From contig JAZQPN010000256.1 in assembly GCA_045628585.1 (NCBI GenBank), positions 1 to 49,664 on the forward strand: a DNA stretch of 49,664 nt. The letters are read 5' to 3'. Each line of letters opens with the position of its first letter. The first letter of the stretch is position 1. Origin of the DNA: Bacteroidales bacterium (GTDB lineage: Bacteria > Bacteroidota > Bacteroidia > Bacteroidales > F082). Below the pieces are notes generated by a model, which was not told where the DNA came from, did not search any database, and saw nothing but the letters and a program-made list of their open reading frames with translations. This document shows positions 33,901 to 36,900 of this stretch, one piece after another. Made by a program: the position numbers and the translations under genes.

Positions 33901-36900
33901 TGATATGTCGGAGAAACCAAAGATGCCACACTGACCGCTAACTGAAGATTATCGGTGGCGTTGTCCCACGACGAACCGTCTTTCGACCCAGAACCATTCG
34001 GTTTGACATAGATGATGCCGTTCACATCGGCCACCAGAAGCGTTATTGCGCCGAACTCAGATTCGTAGCAGCCCATATCGACCTTATCGGACTGGATGCG
34101 GTAATTGCCGGCCAAATCGAAATCGGGCAACGTGACATTGCTCGTCGTTCCATGGTCGATGCACGCCGAACCTTCCTGCAAAGTCCAGTCGCCACCCGAA
34201 TAGCTTGCGCCGAAACCTTCTGTTGGGGAAACAAACTTCGGACTCATCGAAGCACCTTCGTTTTCCGAAGCCAATGGCAAATTACCCGTTCCTGCAAAAC
34301 CACCTTCAACGGCATTGTAAGTAGCCGTGACCGTTCCCCTATTGGTAATCTGGTTGGAACCCGAGTCACATTTATTGCCCCAGACAAGGTTATTGGTCAG
34401 TTTCACGCTCGAAGTCGCGCTGCTGTTCACATATATACCGCAACCGGCATTGTTGGCTGCCGAGTTCTGCACAATGGTATTGTTCAGCAACTGCTGGTAA
34501 TTACTGCTGAGATAAATGCCGCCACCTGCGGCTGTCGAACTGTTGTTGCTCACCAAACAGTCGGTCATCTTGGCATATTGGTTCAGATAAGCACCTGCGC
34601 CCGTTCTTCCAGCTGTGTTGTTCTGAATGTAGCAATCCTGAATGTTGGTATAGGAAGAAGACCCGTACACATACATGCCGCCGCCGAAACCATTTGTAGC
34701 ATTATTCCTGAAAACACAGCTTGTAATGTTTGGAACCTGATCGGCATACAGACCACCCGCATACGCGTAATCAGTGGAATACGAATTTTGCGTTTGGTTA
34801 TTGTGAATGTTACAGTTGCTCAGGTTTGCATACGAAGCATAAACGCCGCCGCCATAGGCATAATACGAAGTGCTCAAACTGATGCTGTTGCCGTAGATTT
34901 CGCAATTGTCCAAGGTGCCGTAACTCACATAAACGCCAGCGCCATACGAATTGCCAGCATTGCCCTGAATGACATTATTCCTGATGACACAATTTCTCAA
35001 TGTCGAATATTGCAAGAGATAGGCACCCGCTCCATAACCCGAAGTAAGCTTACCGTTTTCAATGGTGAAGCCATCCCATGTTGCCGTCGTCGAACTTGTA
35101 TAATTAACCGCCTGATACAGTACACGCTGCTGGTTTTGTCCGTCAAGAATAGAAGCATGAGTGGCAAAATCACGCTGGGTCAAGTCGTAATTATAAGGCT
35201 CGTTGCCGGCAAAGCCGCCATACACATTGACACCGGCCTGCATATAGAAAGCATTTTGGCCTGAAGGACCTTCGGTATAGGTGCCTTCCGCCACCCAAAC
35301 CGACGCTTTCGGGTTGCAAGCCGAAGCTGCCGAAATGGCGAGATTAAGATAAGGCGTTGCGTTGTCCCATGATGAGCCGTTTCCAGTGCCGCCATTCTTA
35401 ACGTAAATGATGTTATGCGCATCAGGCGTGATGACATAATTGGAGTTGTACGAGGTTTCGTATGCACCCAAATCGACTGCATCATTCTGAACACGGGAAT
35501 TGCCAGCCAAATCGGTTTCAGGCAATGTGACATTCAAGCCTGTCGTTACACCTTTATTAATTAATATGGAGCCTTCTGTCAAGGTCCAGTCGCCGCCCGA
35601 ATAAGAATTTCCAGCACCTTGAGTTGGAGAAGCGAATTTCGGATGCAGCAAACTGCCCGAATTGGCTGATGCTAGGCTGATGTTTCCAACACCTTGGAAA
35701 CCACCTTCGACAGCCGAATAAGTCACCGTCGCATTGTAGATATTATCTCTCCCGCTGCCGTTCCTGTTGCCCCAAAGCACCGAATTCTGCATATTAAAGG
35801 AGGAACCATTTCCATAAATGCTGCTTCCGGAAGTCGCAGAGACCAAATTGTTCACAATCGTATTGTTGACATACGAAACATACGACGACGACACATAAAC
35901 CGCTCCGCCTTCGCTGCTTGCCATATTGTTGGCCACCAAGCAGTTCGCCACATTGGTGTAACCTGAGTTGTAAAGGCCGCCACCCTGTGAACCCGTGTTA
36001 TTTTCTATCTTACAGTTTATCAGGTTGACATAATTCGATGATTCGCCCGAAGTGCAGATACCGCCACCGCCATTGCTCGTCGTGTTATTTTTCACCACAC
36101 AATTCTCAATTCTTGAACCATAATAGGCATAAATGCCTCCGCCATAGGAATAGGAGGAATAATACGAAGAATTAGCCGTGTTGTCGTGAATATCGCAGTT
36201 GCTGACGGTTCCATATTTCACATAAATGCCACCTCCACTGCCTAAATAACTTGAACTCGAACCTGAATAATTGACAGAATTATTACAGACCTCACAATCT
36301 TCAACCGTGCCATACAAAGCATAGATGCCGCCACCGAAAGCCGAAGAGGAAGCGTTGGCTATCGTATTGTTCTTTACGATACTGTTCCGTAGCGTTCCGC
36401 GATTCTTCAGATTGGCACCAGCACCATAACCAGTGGTAATCCTACCATTTTGAATCGTGAAACCGTCCCATACCGTCGTATGGTTTTCTGCAAAATCATA
36501 AAGTTGTTCGAGGACTCGGCGCGTATTGCTACCGTCAAGCACAGTTGGATGACTGGACACATTGCGCTGGTCGACAGAGGTTTCAGTTCCTGCAAAACCG
36601 CCAAACGCATTCACGCCTTCATACATGAAAAACGCGCTGCGGCCATCGGCCACATTGCCATAATAGGTGCCTTCCCTGAACCAAACCTGAGGCTTGCTCT
36701 GCAACGAGGCGGCAAACACCATCAGCGAGTCGACGGCAGGACATGCGTTCTGCCACGAGCTGCCGTTTTTCAGACCAGCGCCTTGCGGGCTGACATGCAA
36801 TATGTTATCATTTCCAACAACAAGCTGATACATATCGAACTGCCACACGGGGCTTTCCGTCTCGCCGGCACTGTTGCGTTCCTTAATCTGCCAGTAATAA

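Noticed and set aside
12528-35264. Long plus-strand ORFs inside the giant gene (e.g. 34152-35264 at 370 aa, 14910-15887 at 325 aa, 18363-19250 at 295 aa, 12528-13319 at 263 aa).
   Set aside because: They lie antisense to a continuous 9,643-codon ORF. Their translations are low-complexity (R/V/I/A-rich) with no signal peptides or motifs. They are shadow ORFs produced by the repetitive Gly/Asn/Tyr codon usage of the real gene.
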